Origin: Malacoraja senta
Taxonomy: Eukaryota
Reading direction: 5' to 3'
Length of the DNA: 64,000 nucleotides
NCBI GenBank assembly: GCA_038087875.1
Contig: CM075997.1
Location: forward strand, 5,704,001 to 5,768,000
Every line of letters starts with the position of its first letter. Position 1 is the first letter of the stretch. The position numbers and the translations under genes are program-made. Shown here in pieces: positions 1-12,410 of this stretch. The notes beneath the pieces are model-generated. The model worked only from the letters and a program-made list of their open reading frames with translations. It was not told where the DNA came from and ran no database searches.

Positions 1-1124
1 CTCCTGTCATTTTACTGCCCATTTCAGTAACTGATCTGCATTGATGGATTGTGCGCAGCGGTTAAAGAGCCTGATGATTGAAGGAAAGAAGCTGTTCTTG
101 AATCAGTAGATGGTAGTTCTTAGGCTCCTACACTATCTTCCTGATGGTAGCAGCGAGACGAGAAGTTGGCCAATGTGGGTATGAGAGAAGTGCAGGGGTC
201 TGAGCACTCAGACTTGAGGTACCCCAACATTTCTTCATCTTGGAGCATTGGCTTGAGGAAATCTGATGCTCAAAAGCTTGCTTCAAGCTGCATATTTCTC
301 AGCAGTTGTCTGCAATAGTTACTTGGTTGGAGTGGCTCATATGTCAGCCTGAAAGAAGATAGCAGATTTGTGGATTGAATGTATGGTTGCCATTTCTGTG
401 GAATAGTGCCTCAGCAATCTTTCCATTTTGTTGACATTTGGCATTAAACATTCATTGAACACACACTGATATGCAGAACAAAGATAAGATTGCACCAGTG
501 TTTCCACTTTGAAGGAAATTCGAGAAATTCTGATTGTCTTCGGGTAATTTTAGGGAAATGAAATAATTTCATGAAATTTCCGCATCCGGCTCGCGGGATA
601 ATTTTGGGGGGAAAAAAGTATATTTACGGCCATCCGCGCCTGCGCAGTTGGAGGCCCGTCGGCCACGACACAAATGAAAATGGCGCGCCGGTGATGCGGT
701 AGGGACGCAAAATGACACCGTCTCCCCGCGCGTGCGCAGTTGGCCCGGGCGGGATCAGATCTCCATTTTCATTACATCGCCTCATGTCTGGGTGAGTGGG
801 GCCGTGAAATATTGTGTTGGTGGAGGGGGAGTCGGACCCAACGGGTCCACGCTTGTTTTATATCAGGGGTGTCAAAAGGGAATGCCCGCTTCGTCGGGCC
901 CGGGGCTGCAGTGTCTGCTCGCCCGGTTCATCGCCTCCATCCGCGGCATCGGAGGCTCGCCGCTGGTCAACCTGGCGTCCAGGGAGCGGGTCCACTGCCG
1001 GCAGTCCGGGGAGACCGTTCTCCCGTCGCTGGGCGGGGACGGGAGCAACTGACTCTGAACCCAGTCCTGGCAGCGGCCGTGACCTGACACCAGGCGCCGC
1101 TCTGGCCGGGCCCCCCAACGCTGC

Positions 1125-1268
1125 GAGGGAGGGGAGAGAGAGAGGGGGAGGGAGAGGGTGGAGGGGAAAGAGAGGGGGGGAGAGAGGGAAGGGGGGGGGA
1201 GAAAGGGAGGAGGGGGGAGAGGGAGAGGGAGAGGGAGGGAGGGAGGGGGGCGGGGTGGAGAGAGGGAG
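1125..1268 (+). repeat. Purine-rich (G/A) low-complexity tract inside the hAT element
   Basis: Almost pure G/A with many G-runs. Confidence 0.9.
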
Positions 1269-1589
1269 CCATCACAACCCAGTAATTTAGTTTGCCAATT
1301 AAAGGCTAACTGTGTTCATTGTCTGAGTTTGATTGCTGGAAGCAGGCTAATAAAAATTAGGTGCAGTTGTGTAGCCAACATTTACAAATTGTTTTGTTAG
1401 GTCTACATTTGTGTCTGCTAATGTTCGATTTCAAATGGTTTATTAATGGTAAGGGTGTGGCTCCCAAAATAATCGTAGCCAAAATAGCATCGTTTTTCTC
1501 TCTTCCATCACAACTTTCTTGTAGTCTACGACTGTGTTAATACAAATCATAAAAATAATGATTGCTAGGCAATCTTCTTCATAAGTTTC

Positions 1590-2340
1590 ACAGTTGTTGG
1601 TGGGTCTTTCATCAGATTTTATGAAGCTGTCACATGTCAGAATGTGTGACCCCTTAAAACTCAATGTGAATGATGAAGAACATCACATACCACTATGTAA
1701 AGTGTACACTGGGGTAAAGGCCTCAAGCACAGTTCAAAGTATTAGTGACAATGTTGGAGCAGACCACCTTAAAACTCAATGTGAATGATGAAGCATCACT
1801 GAAAGCAGTTTCTCTTGGAATGTGTGAAACAGATCCAGCACAGATTCAGCAATCTTCAGGTACTGGATTTCCTGAGTTGTCTAGACCAAGCAGTTGCATG
1901 CAATCTGACTATACCATCATTGGCACCATTGTACCAGAAACTGCCATACCTGAAGGAAGTTGCATCAGTTCAAGATGTTAACACTGAATGGAGGACACTC
2001 TCCATGCACCCCACTTTGAATGGCAGTTTGTCAGTACAGGGGTATTGGAGAGGGGTATTCACACAGAAAGATGCCTGCAGAAACCAAGTGCACCCAAATT
2101 TGAGCAAAATAATCAGTGTGTTGCTGCCATTTCCTTTCTCAAATGCTGCTGTTCAAAGGGTTTTCAGCCAGCTCAATCTGATAAAGGATGACCACAGGAC
2201 AAATCTAAAACATCAGAGCTTGCTTGGACTGCTGTTACCAAAACTAACATTTCAGAAGAAAAGACACCAAACAGCAAGCTGCACAGTTGGATCCTTGCAA
2301 GGAGATGCTCAATCTACATGCCAGGATGCAGGCTAATGCA
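1590..2340 (+). pseudogene. hAT transposase C-terminal remnant (dimerisation domain)
   Basis: ORF 1815-2336 contains YWRGV...HPNLSKIISVLLPFPFSNAAVQRVFSQLNLIKDDHRTNLKHQSL, the hAT dimerisation signature; upstream part is broken by a local ~33-bp duplication (1653/1768). Confidence 0.8.
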
Positions 2341-3959
2341 GATAATGCAGAGGCAGCTGAACTTTGCACGAAATTCATGGCTGAGTTCTGCAAGTAAATT
2401 GTTAAGTTATGAAATGTATTATTTTTTCAGTTCATCTTTCATACAATTCAAAGTTAATTTCCCTGTACATGTACTGTACAGTAGCTGCATGTTGCATAAA
2501 GTATCTGAACCAAAGACCAGTAAAGAGACTGAAGTGAACATCGTCAATGACCCTTGTTGTATTGAGTTCTTTGTGACACTGTATTCCAGGCACACACTCC
2601 ACTGAACACACAATATGCATAACATGCAGGCTAGGCTACATCATATATGTGCACAGTGCATAATGCCTTGCATAACACTGTACAAGTGAGTAACAAGCAG
2701 GCAGATACAGTATTGTTACATAGATCTGATTTGCCTTGTTCTTCTTTGTGTTGTTAACATGTGCCCACGAAATAAAACAACAAATAACATGCAGGAAGTA
2801 TTTTTGAAAATTTCATGAAATACCAGCAAATTCCAGGAAATTTGGGATTCTGTTTCAGGAAAACAAATTTGAGCACTGGATTGCATTGCTGCATGCTAGC
2901 CTTACACTGGAGGCTTTTGAACCTGGAGGTCAATGCTGAAAGATGTTTAGCACAAACAAATGAGGATGATTTTCTATCATATTTTTTGGTTTAATGCCTG
3001 TCAGACTTTGTGCCAAAGCAAGAACAGAATATTGGAAGTGCTCAGCAGATCAAGCAGCATTAGTGGGAAGTAATACAGTTTCTTAAGGCTCAAAATGTTA
3101 AGCTTGTGAAGAGATTTGAATTGGCTCAGGTAGTCCAGTGCTGCAGTGAGAATTCTGAGCAGGGCTCGAAATTAGCGGTTGCCCGGGTGCCATTGACCAC
3201 CCAAAGTGCCGCCGGTCAACCTAAACGCCGAGTCATTTTGCGCAGCTTGGCACTGCAGATACTGGTTTATACCGAAGATAGACACAAAAAACTGGAGTAA
3301 CTCAGCGGGTCAGGCAGCATCTCTGGAGAAAAGGAACGTGACGTTTCGTGTTGGCGACGGCTGTAGTGGGGTGCAAAGATACGAGGTGCGTGGCAACGAA
3401 GGGTAGGAGCGAATGACAGCGGCAGCAGTGGCCGCGACAGTGGCTCCATCTCCTCCTCCTCCCGCACCCCGCCCGCCCTGATAGCGGCCGCTGCTGCCAC
3501 TCTGCCAACGGCGCTTTCAAAACAAACCCTCCCGCACGCCGAGGCCGGGAGGAGAGAGGGAAGGGGAGGCCTCCTTCCGCCGTCAGAAGCAGCTGCACCA
3601 AAGATCCTATAGCTATAGGATCTTTGAGCTGCACCGCTCGGCCCCGCACCTTGCTGTTGGCTGGCGGAGGAGATCCCAACCGCCTCCCCCTTTGTCGGCG
3701 GCACTTGGCGGTGGACAGGGACGGCCAAGGCTGCGGGGCGATGTTGTCCGAGGAGCGCTGACCTTCCTTCCTCCCCACCTCCCCCCTCTCTCTCTCTCTT
3801 TCTCTCTCTTGTATGCCCCCCTCCACCCCCTCCCCCTTATCCTGGGACCCCTCCTCCATCCCGCACTGATCCCCATTCCGCCCTCTATTCAGTCCTCACT
3901 GACATCCCCTGTGCTTCCCTCCCCATCTACCCCCAATCTATGCATCCTGCGTTGATCAC

Positions 3960-4895
3960 CCTATCCACCTCGCATTGATTCTCCTGCCACCCACCAATCC
4001 ATCCTACACTGGTCCCCCAATTCATCCTGTACTTACCATCCTTCCCATCCATCCTGCACTTCTCCATTCATCCTGTACTGATCCCACCATTCATCCTGTA
4101 CTGATCCCCTCATTCATCCTGTACTGATCCCCCTCATTCATCGTGTACTGATCCCCTCATTCATCCTGTACTGATCCCCCATTCATCCTATACTGATCCC
4201 CTCATTCATCGTGTACTGATCCCCTCATTCAACCTGTACTGATCCCCCATTCATCCTATACTGATCCCCTCATTCATCTTGTACTGATCCCCGATTCATG
4301 TTTTACTGATCCCCCATTCATCTTTTACTGATCCCCCCCATTCATCTTTTACTGACCCCCCCCCCCCATTCATCCTGTACTGACCCCCCCCAATTCATCC
4401 TGTACTGACATCCCCACATTCATCCTGTACTGACACCCCCATTCATCCTGTACTGATCCCCCCCCATTCATCCTGTACTGATGACCCCCCCATTCATCCT
4501 GTACTGATCCCGTCATTCATCCTGTAGTGATTACCCATTCATCCTGCACAGAGCCTCCGATCCACACTGTACTGACCCCCCCATTCATCCTGTATTGATA
4601 CCCCCCCTTCATCCTGTGCTGACCCCCCCCATCCATCCTGTACTGAATGGGGGGTGCAGTCTGAAGAAGGGTCTCAACCCGAAACTTTGCCTATTTCCTT
4701 CACTCCATAGATGCTGCCTCACCCACTGAGTTTCTCCAGCACTTTTGTCTACCCCATTCATCCTGTATTGATCCCTCCATTCATCCTGTACTGATCCCTC
4801 CATTCATCCTATACTGATCCCCCCACATCCATCCCGTACTGATCCCTCCATTCAACAGTTGCTGATCCCTCCATTCAACAGATCCCTCCATTCAA
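3960..4895. repeat. Minisatellite, ~21-24 bp unit CCCCATTCATCCTGTACTGAT
   Basis: Dozens of tandem copies with variable C-run length; interrupted at ~4650-4752 by a Penelope-type terminal fragment; degenerate units resume at ~12430. Confidence 0.95.
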
Positions 4896-4898
4896 CAT

Positions 4899-5993
4899 TC
4901 ACTGGTTTGCTTCCAGTTCCTCGTGCTGGCGAGAGCAAGAACAGGGAGATACGGGACCTGAATGTGTGGCTCAGGAACTGGTGCACGGGGCAGGGATTTA
5001 GATTCTTAGATCACTGGGATCTGTTTTGGAGTAAGGGGGAACTGTACAAAAGGGACGGATTGCATCTTAACAGGTGGGGGACCAGCATTTTGGCAGGCAG
5101 GTTTACCACTGCTACACAGGTGGTTTTAAACTGAATAAGTGTGGTGGGGTGTCAAATGGGATAGTCGAGGATGGAGTTAAAGGGAAAGGGTTTCTTAAAT
5201 GTGTGAGCAGAGAGAGGTGTAAAACGAGGGTAGAAGCAATAGGTAGCAAGGTGAAAAGTAACAGTGGCAGGCAGACAAATCCAGGGCAAAAATCAAAAAG
5301 GGCCATTTTTCAACATAATTGTATAAGGGCTAACAGTGTTGTAAAAACAAGCACGAAGGCTTTGTGTCTCAATGCAAGGAGCATTCGTAATAAGGTGGAT
5401 GAGTTGAATGTGCAGATAGCTATTAATGACTATGATATAGTTGGGATCACGGAGACATGGCTACAGGGTGACCAAGGCTGGGAGCTGAACATCCAGGGAC
5501 ATTCAATATTCAGGAGGGATGGACAGAAAGGAAAAGGAGGTGGGGTACCGTTGCTGGTTAGAAAGGAGATTAACGCAATAGAAAGGAAGGACATTAGCTT
5601 GGAGGATGTGGAATCGATTTGGGTAGTGCTGCGAAACACTAAGGGGCAGAAAACGCTAGTGGGAGTTGTGTACAGGCCAACTAACAGTAGTAGTGTAGTT
5701 GGGGATGGCATCAAACAGGAAATTAGAAATGCGTGCAACAAAGGTAAAACAGTTATAATGGGTGACTTCAATCTACATATAGATTGGGTGAATCAAATTG
5801 GCAGGGGTGCTGAGGAAGAGGATTTCTTGGAATGTATGCGGGATAGTTTTCTAAACCAACATGTAGAGGAACCAACGAGAGAGCAGGCTATTCTAGACTG
5901 GGTATTGAGCAATGAGGAAGGGTTAGTTAGCAGTCTTGTTGTGCGTGGCTCCTTGGGCAAGAGTGACCATAATATGGTTGAGTTCTTCATTAG
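4899..5993 (+). mobile_element. CR1 LINE host copy, 5' part (ORF1 esterase end plus ORF2 endonuclease)
   Basis: ...YKRDGLHLN... SGNH esterase end; LNARSIRNK, GITETW, MGDFN, SDHNMV apurinic endonuclease motifs; ends at ...VEFFIR. Confidence 0.9.
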
Positions 5994-8900
5994 AAACATA
6001 GAAACATAGAAAATAGGTGCAGGAGTAGGCCATTCGGCCCTTCGAGCCTGCACCGCCATTCGATATGATCATGGCTGATCATCCAACTCAGTATCCCAAC
6101 CCTGCCTTCTCTCCATACCCCCTGATCCCTTTAGCCACAAGGGCCACATCTAACTCCCTCTTAAATATAGCCAATGAACTGGCCTCAACTACCTTCTGTG
6201 GCAGAGAATTCCACAGATTCACCACTCTCTGTGTAAAAAATGATTTCCTCATCTCGGTCCTAAAAGTCTTCCCTCTTATCCTTAAACTGTGACCCCTAGT
6301 TCTGGACTTCCCAAACATCGGGAATAATCTTCCTGCATCTAGCCTGTCGAACCCCTTAAGAATTTTGTAAGTTTCTATAAGATCCCCCTTCAGTCTTCTG
6401 AATTCCAACGTGTACAAGCCGAGTCTATCCAGTCTTTCCTCATATGAAAGTCCTGCCACCCCAGGAATCAGTCTGGTGTACCTTCTCTGTACTCCCTCTA
6501 TGGCAACAATGTCTTTCCTCAGATTAGGAGACCAAAACTGTACGCGATACTCCAGGTGTGGTTACACCAAGACCCTGTACAACTGCAGTCGAACCTCCCT
6601 GCTCTTATACTCAAATCCTTTTGCTATGAATGCTAACATACCATTTGCTTTCTTCACTGCCTGCTGCACCAGCATTCCTACTTTCAATGACTGGTGTACC
6701 ATGACACCCAGGTCTCGTTGCATCTCCCCTTTTCCTAATCGGCCACCATTCAGATAATAGTCTATGTTCCTGTTTTTGCCACCAAAGTGGATAACCTCAC
6801 ATTTATCCACATTATACTGCATCTGCCATGCCTTTGCCCACTCACCCAACCTATCCAAGTCACTTTGCAGCCTCCTAGCATCCTCCTCACAGCTAATGTA
6901 ACCCCACTTTTTAAGAAGGGAGGGAGAAAGAAAACGGGGAATTACTTGGAGATGTTGCATTCAATTCCCTCATCCAGATCATTAATGTATATTGTAAATA
7001 GCTGGGATCCCAGCACTGAGCCTTGCGGTACCCCACTAGTCACTGCCTGCCATTCTGAAAAGGACCCGTTTACTCCTACTCTTTGCTTCCTGTCTGCCAG
7101 CCAGTTCTCTATCCACATCAATACTGAACCCCCAATACCATGTGCTTTAAGTTTGTATGCTAATCTCTTATGTGGGACCTTGTCGAAAGCCTTCTGAAAG
7201 TCCAGATATAACACATCCACTGGTTCTCCCTTATCCACTCTACTAGTTACATCCTCGAAAAATTCTATAAGATTCGTCAGACATGATTTACCTTTCATCA
7301 ATCCATGCTGACTTTGTCCAATGAGCTCACCACTTTCCAAATGTGCTGCTATCCCATCTTTAATAACTGACTCCAGAATTTTCCCCACCACCGATGTTAG
7401 ACTAACTGGTCTGTAATTCCCCGTTTTCTTTCTCCCTCCCTTCTTAAAAAGTGGGGTTACATTAGCTACCCTCCAGTCCTCAGGAACTACTCCAGAATCA
7501 CTAATGCATCCACTAATGCATCCACTATTTCTGCGGCTACTTCCTTATGTACTCTGGGATGCAACTTATCCGGCCCTGGGGTTTTGTCGGCCTTTAATCC
7601 ATTCAATTTACCTAACACCACTTCCCGGCTAACCTGGATTTCACTCAGTTCCTCCATCTCATTTAACCCCCGGTCCCTTGCTATTTCCGGCAGATTATTT
7701 GTGTCTTCCTTAGTGATGACAGAACCAAAGTAATTATTCAATTGGTCTGCCATGTCCTTGTTCCCCATGATCAATTCGCCTGTTTCTGACTGCAAGGGTC
7801 CTACATTTGTTTTAACTAATCTTTTCCTCTTGACATATCTATAAAAACTTTGGCAGTCAGTTTTTATGTTCCCTGCCAGTTTTCTTTCATAATCTATTTT
7901 CCCTTTCCTAATTAAGCCTTTTGTCCTCCTCTGCTGGACTCTGAATTTCTCCCAGTCCTCTGGTAGGCTGCTTGTTCTGGCTAATTTGTAGGCTTCCTCT
8001 TTTGTTTTGATACTATCCCTGATTTCCCTTGTTATCCACGGATGCACTACCTTCCCTAATTTATTCTTTTGCCAAACTGGGATGAACACTTGTTGTAGTT
8101 CACACATGCAGTTTTTAAATGCCTTCCATTGCATATCCACCGTCAACCCTTTAAGAATCATTGGCCAATTCATGTCTCATACCCTCAAAGTCACCTTTCT
8201 TTAAGTTCAGGACCTTTGTTTCTGAATTAACAATGTCACTCTCCATCCTAATGAAGAACTCAACCATATTATGGTCACTCTTGCCCAAGGGGCCACGCAC
8301 AACAAGACTGCTAACTAACCCTTCCTCATCACTCAATACCCAGTCTAGAATAGCCTGCTCTCTCGTTGGTTCTTCTACATGTTGGTTTAGAAAACTATCC
8401 CGCATACATTCCAAGAAATCCTCTTCCTCAGCACCCCTGCCAATTTGATTCACCCAATCTATATGTAGATTGAAGTCACCCATTATAATGGTTTTACCTT
8501 TGTTGCATGCGTTTCTAATTTCCTGTTTGATGCCATCCCCAACTCCACTACTACTGTTAGGTGGCCGGTACACCACTCCCACTAGCGTTTTCTGCCCCTT
8601 AGTGTTTCGCAGCTCTACCCATATCGATTCCACATCCTCCAAGCTAATGTCCTTCCTTTCTATAGCGTTAATCTCCTCTCTAACCAGCAACGCTACCCCG
8701 CCTCCTTTTCCTTTCTGTCTATCCCTCCTGAATATTGAATATCCCTGAATGTTCAGCTCCCAGCCTTGGTCAGTCACCCTGGGGCCATGTCTCTGTGATC
8801 CCAACTATATCATATTCATTAATAACTATCTGCACATTCAACTCATCCACCTTATTACGAATGCTCCTTGCATTAAGATACAAAGCCTTCAGGCTTGTCT

Positions 8901-10390
8901 TTACAACACTCTTACCCCTTATACAATTATCTTGAAAAGTGGCCCTTTTTGATTTTTGCCCTGGTTTTGTCTGCATGCCACTTTTACTATTCACCTTGCT
9001 ACCTATTGCTTCTACCCTCATTTTACACCCCCCTGCCTCTCTGCTCTTGCACCCATCCCCCTGCCACATTAGTTTAAATCCTCCCCGACAGCACTAGCAA
9101 ACACTCCCCCAAGGATATTGGTTCCATTCCAGCCCCAGGTGCAGACTGTCCTGTTTGTACTGGTCCCACCTCCCCCAGAACTGGTTCCAATGCCCTAAAA
9201 ATGTGAATCCCTCCCCCTTGCACCATTTTCAAGCCGCGTATTCATCTGCAATATCCTCCTATTTCTACTCTGACTGGCCTGTGGTACTGGTAGTAATCCA
9301 GAGATTATTACCTTTGAGGTCCTACTTTTAAGTTTATCTCCTAGCTCCCTAAATTCACCTTGTAGGACCTCATCCCTTTTTTTACCTATATCGTTGGTGC
9401 CAATATGCACCACGACAACTGGCTGTTCACCCTTCCCCTCCAGAATGTTCTGCAGCCGTTCAGTGACATCCCTGATCCTTGCACCAGGGAGGCAACATAC
9501 CATCCTGGAGTCTCGTTTGCGGCCGCAGAAACGCCTATCTATTCTCCTTACAATTGAATCCCTTATTACTATTGCCCTTCCACTCTTTTTTCCCCCCTCC
9601 TGTTCCGCAGAGCCACCCATGGTGCCATTAACTTGGCTGCTGCTGCCTTCCCCTGATGAGCCATCTCCCCCAACAGTATCCAAAATGGTATTCCTGTTTA
9701 GGAGGGAGATGACCGCAGGGGACTCCTGCACTACCTGCCTACTGCTTTGCTGACTATTGGCCACCCGTTCCCTTTCTGTCCTCTTACCTTTTACCTGCGG
9801 TGTGACCAACTCGCTGTACGTGCTATTCACGACTTTCTCAGCATCGTGGATGCTCCAGTATGAATCCAGCCGCAGCTCCAATCGTTCAATGCGGTCTGCC
9901 AGGAGCTGCAGCTGGACACACTTCCTGCAAACGTAGTCACCAGGGACACCGACCATATCCCTGATCTCCCACATGTTGCAGGCTGAGCAAACCACGGGGC
10001 CAATTTCCACTGACATAGCTTACTCCCAAATTAACTCTATATTAAATATTTTTAAAAAACGTTATCCTTTAAACTGTACCTTTACTAATAAATACTGTAC
10101 CCTTAACTCCCAGAATCCTTAACTCCCAGAACCCTTAACCTGAAAGCAGAAATGTAAAAATGTAAACCCGGGGTTGCACCCAATCAGCTGCTTCATCTGG
10201 TCCACTTCCACCAATCAGAGGCTTCCACCAGACTCCTTCTCTGGAAGTGAGATGGAACGTTGCAGATTTTGGTAACTCCTCCTCTCACCAACGGTTCCCC
10301 GGGCCTCTGTAAAAGCAAGCCCCACGCTGGATTTTATACTCACAGCCCAGGTAACTCCTCCTCTCACCAACGGCTCCCCGAGCCTCTCAT
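5994..10390 (-). mobile_element. Near full-length CR1 LINE inserted antisense into the host CR1
   Basis: (AGAAACAT)n tail at 5994-6010; ORF2 EN and RT fragments 6088-9069; ORF1 9072-10016; 5'UTR with an ~80-bp-period repeat at 10271-10387. Confidence 0.9.
9072..10016 (-). pseudogene. CR1 ORF1 (zinc finger/leucine zipper plus SGNH esterase), frameshifted
   Basis: CSAC...CRKC followed by a heptad leucine stretch; IVIRDSIVR (degenerate GDS) and VHIGTND esterase blocks. Confidence 0.85.
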
Positions 10391-12410
10391 ATGGAGAGTG
10401 ACATAATTAATTCAGAAACAAGGGTTCTGAACTTAAAGAAAGGTAACTTTGAGGGTATGAGACGTGAATTGGCCAAGATAGACTGGCAATTGATTCTTAA
10501 AGGGATGACGGTGGATATGCAATGGAAGGCATTTAAAGGCTGCATGGATGAACTACAACAATTGTTCATCCCAGTGTGGCAAAAGAATAAATCAGTGAAG
10601 GTAGTGCATCCGTGGATAACAAGGGAAATCAGGGATAGTATCAAAACAAACGATGAAGCATACAAATTAGACAGAAAAAGCAGCCTACCAGAGGACTGGG
10701 AGACATTCAGAGTCATGCAGAGGGGGACAAAGGGATTAATTAGGAAAGGGAAAATAGATTATGAAAGAAAACTGGCAGGGAACATAAAAACTGACTGCAA
10801 AAGTTTTTATAGATATGTGAAGAGAAAAAGATTAGTTAAAACAAATGTAGGTCCCTTGCAGTCAGAAACAGGTGAATTGATCATGGGGAACAAGGACATG
10901 GCAGACCAATTGAATAACTACTTTGGTTCACTAAGGAAGACATAAATAATCTGCCGGAAATAGCAGGGGACCGGGGTCAAATGAGATGGAGGAACTGAGT
11001 GAAATCCAGGTTAGCCGGGAAGTGGTGTTAGGTAAATTGAATGGATTAAAGGCCGATAAATCCCCAGGGCCAAATAGGCTGCATCCCAGAGTACTTAAAG
11101 AAGTAGTCCCAGAAATAGTGGATGCATTAGTGATAATTTTTCAAAACTCTTTAGATTCTAGAGTAGTTGCTGAGGATTGGAGGGTAGCAGATGTAACCCC
11201 ACTTTTTAAAAAGGGAGGGAGAGAGAAAACGGGGAATTACAGACCATTTAGTCTAACATCGGTAGTGGGGAAACTGCTAGAGTCCGTTATTAAAGATGGG
11301 ATAGCAGCACATTTGGAAAGTGGTGAAATCATTGGACAAAGTCAGTATGGATTTATGAAAGGTAAATCATGTCTGACGAATGTTATAGAATTTTTCGAGG
11401 ATGTAACTAGTAGAGTGGATATGGGAGAACCAGTGGATGTGTTATATCTGGAATTTCAGAAAGCTTTCCACAAGATCCAACATAAGAGATTAGTATACAA
11501 ACTTAAAGCACACGGTATTGGGGGTTCAGTATTGATGTGGATAGAGAACTGGCTGGCAGACAGGAAGCAAAGAGTAGGAGTAAACGGGTCCTTTTCAGAA
11601 TGGCAGGCAGTGACTAGTGGGGTACCGCAAGGCTCAGTGCTGGGACCCCACCTATTTACAATATATATTAATGATTTGGACGAGGGAATTGAATGCAACA
11701 TCTCCAAGTTTGCGGATGACACGAAGCTGGGGGCAGTGTTAGCTGTGAGGAGGATGCTAGGAGGCTGCAAGGTGACTTGGATAGGTTGGGTGAGTGGGCA
11801 AAGGCATGGCAGATGCAGTATAATGTGGATAAATGTGAGGTTATCCACTTTGGTGGCAAGAACAGGAAAGTAGACTATTATCTGAATGGTGGCCGATTAG
11901 GAAAAGGGAGATGCAACAAGACCTGGGTGTCATAGTACACCAGTCATTGAAAGTAGGCATGCAGGTGCAGCAGGCAGTGAAGAAAGCGAATGGTATGTTA
12001 GCATTCATAGCAAAGACTGGATAGACTTGGCTTGTACTCGCTAGAATTTAGAAGATTGAGGGGGGATCTTATAGAAACTTACAACATTCTTAAGGGGTTG
12101 GACAGGCTAGATGCAGGAAGATTGTTCCCGATATTGGGGAAGTCCAGAACAAAGGGTCACAGTTTAAGGATAAGGGGCAAATCGTTTAGGACCGAGATGA
12201 GAAAAACATTTTTCACACAGAGAGTGGTGAATCTCTGGAATTCTCTGCCACAGAAGGTAGTTGAGGCCAGTTCATTGGCTATATTTAAGAGGGAGTTAGA
12301 TGTGGCCCTTGTGGCTAAAGGTATCGGGGGGTATGGAGAGAAGGCAGGTACAGGATACTGAGTTTAATGATCAGCCATGATCATATTTTCTATGTTTCTA
12401 TGTTTCTATG
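10391..12410 (+). mobile_element. CR1 LINE host copy, 3' part (ORF2 linker plus RT)
   Basis: Starts MESDIINSET, the direct continuation of ...VEFFIR at 5993; [10 protein letters not shown] and FADDTKL motifs; (TTTCTATG)n tail. Confidence 0.9.

Larger units (their letters stand above)
496..2878 (+). mobile_element. hAT DNA transposon, internally deleted
   Basis: Ends CAGTG...CACTG; 8-bp TSD GATTGCAC (488-495) / GATTGCAT (2879-2886); inverted subterminal ATTTCATGAAATTT motifs at ~565 and ~2808; internal transposase remnant. Confidence 0.85.

Noticed and set aside
600-1290. GC-rich overlapping ORFs as RyR1 exon 1 or a host gene
   Set aside because: No EGEDE(V/I)QFLRT-like peptide. The ORFs are low-complexity and lie inside the hAT element bounded by a TSD. 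Exon 1 is probably upstream of the window.
3960-4895. Regular ~22-bp repeat array resembling CRISPR
   Set aside because: Head-to-tail units with no unique spacers, no cas genes, vertebrate intron context: a minisatellite.
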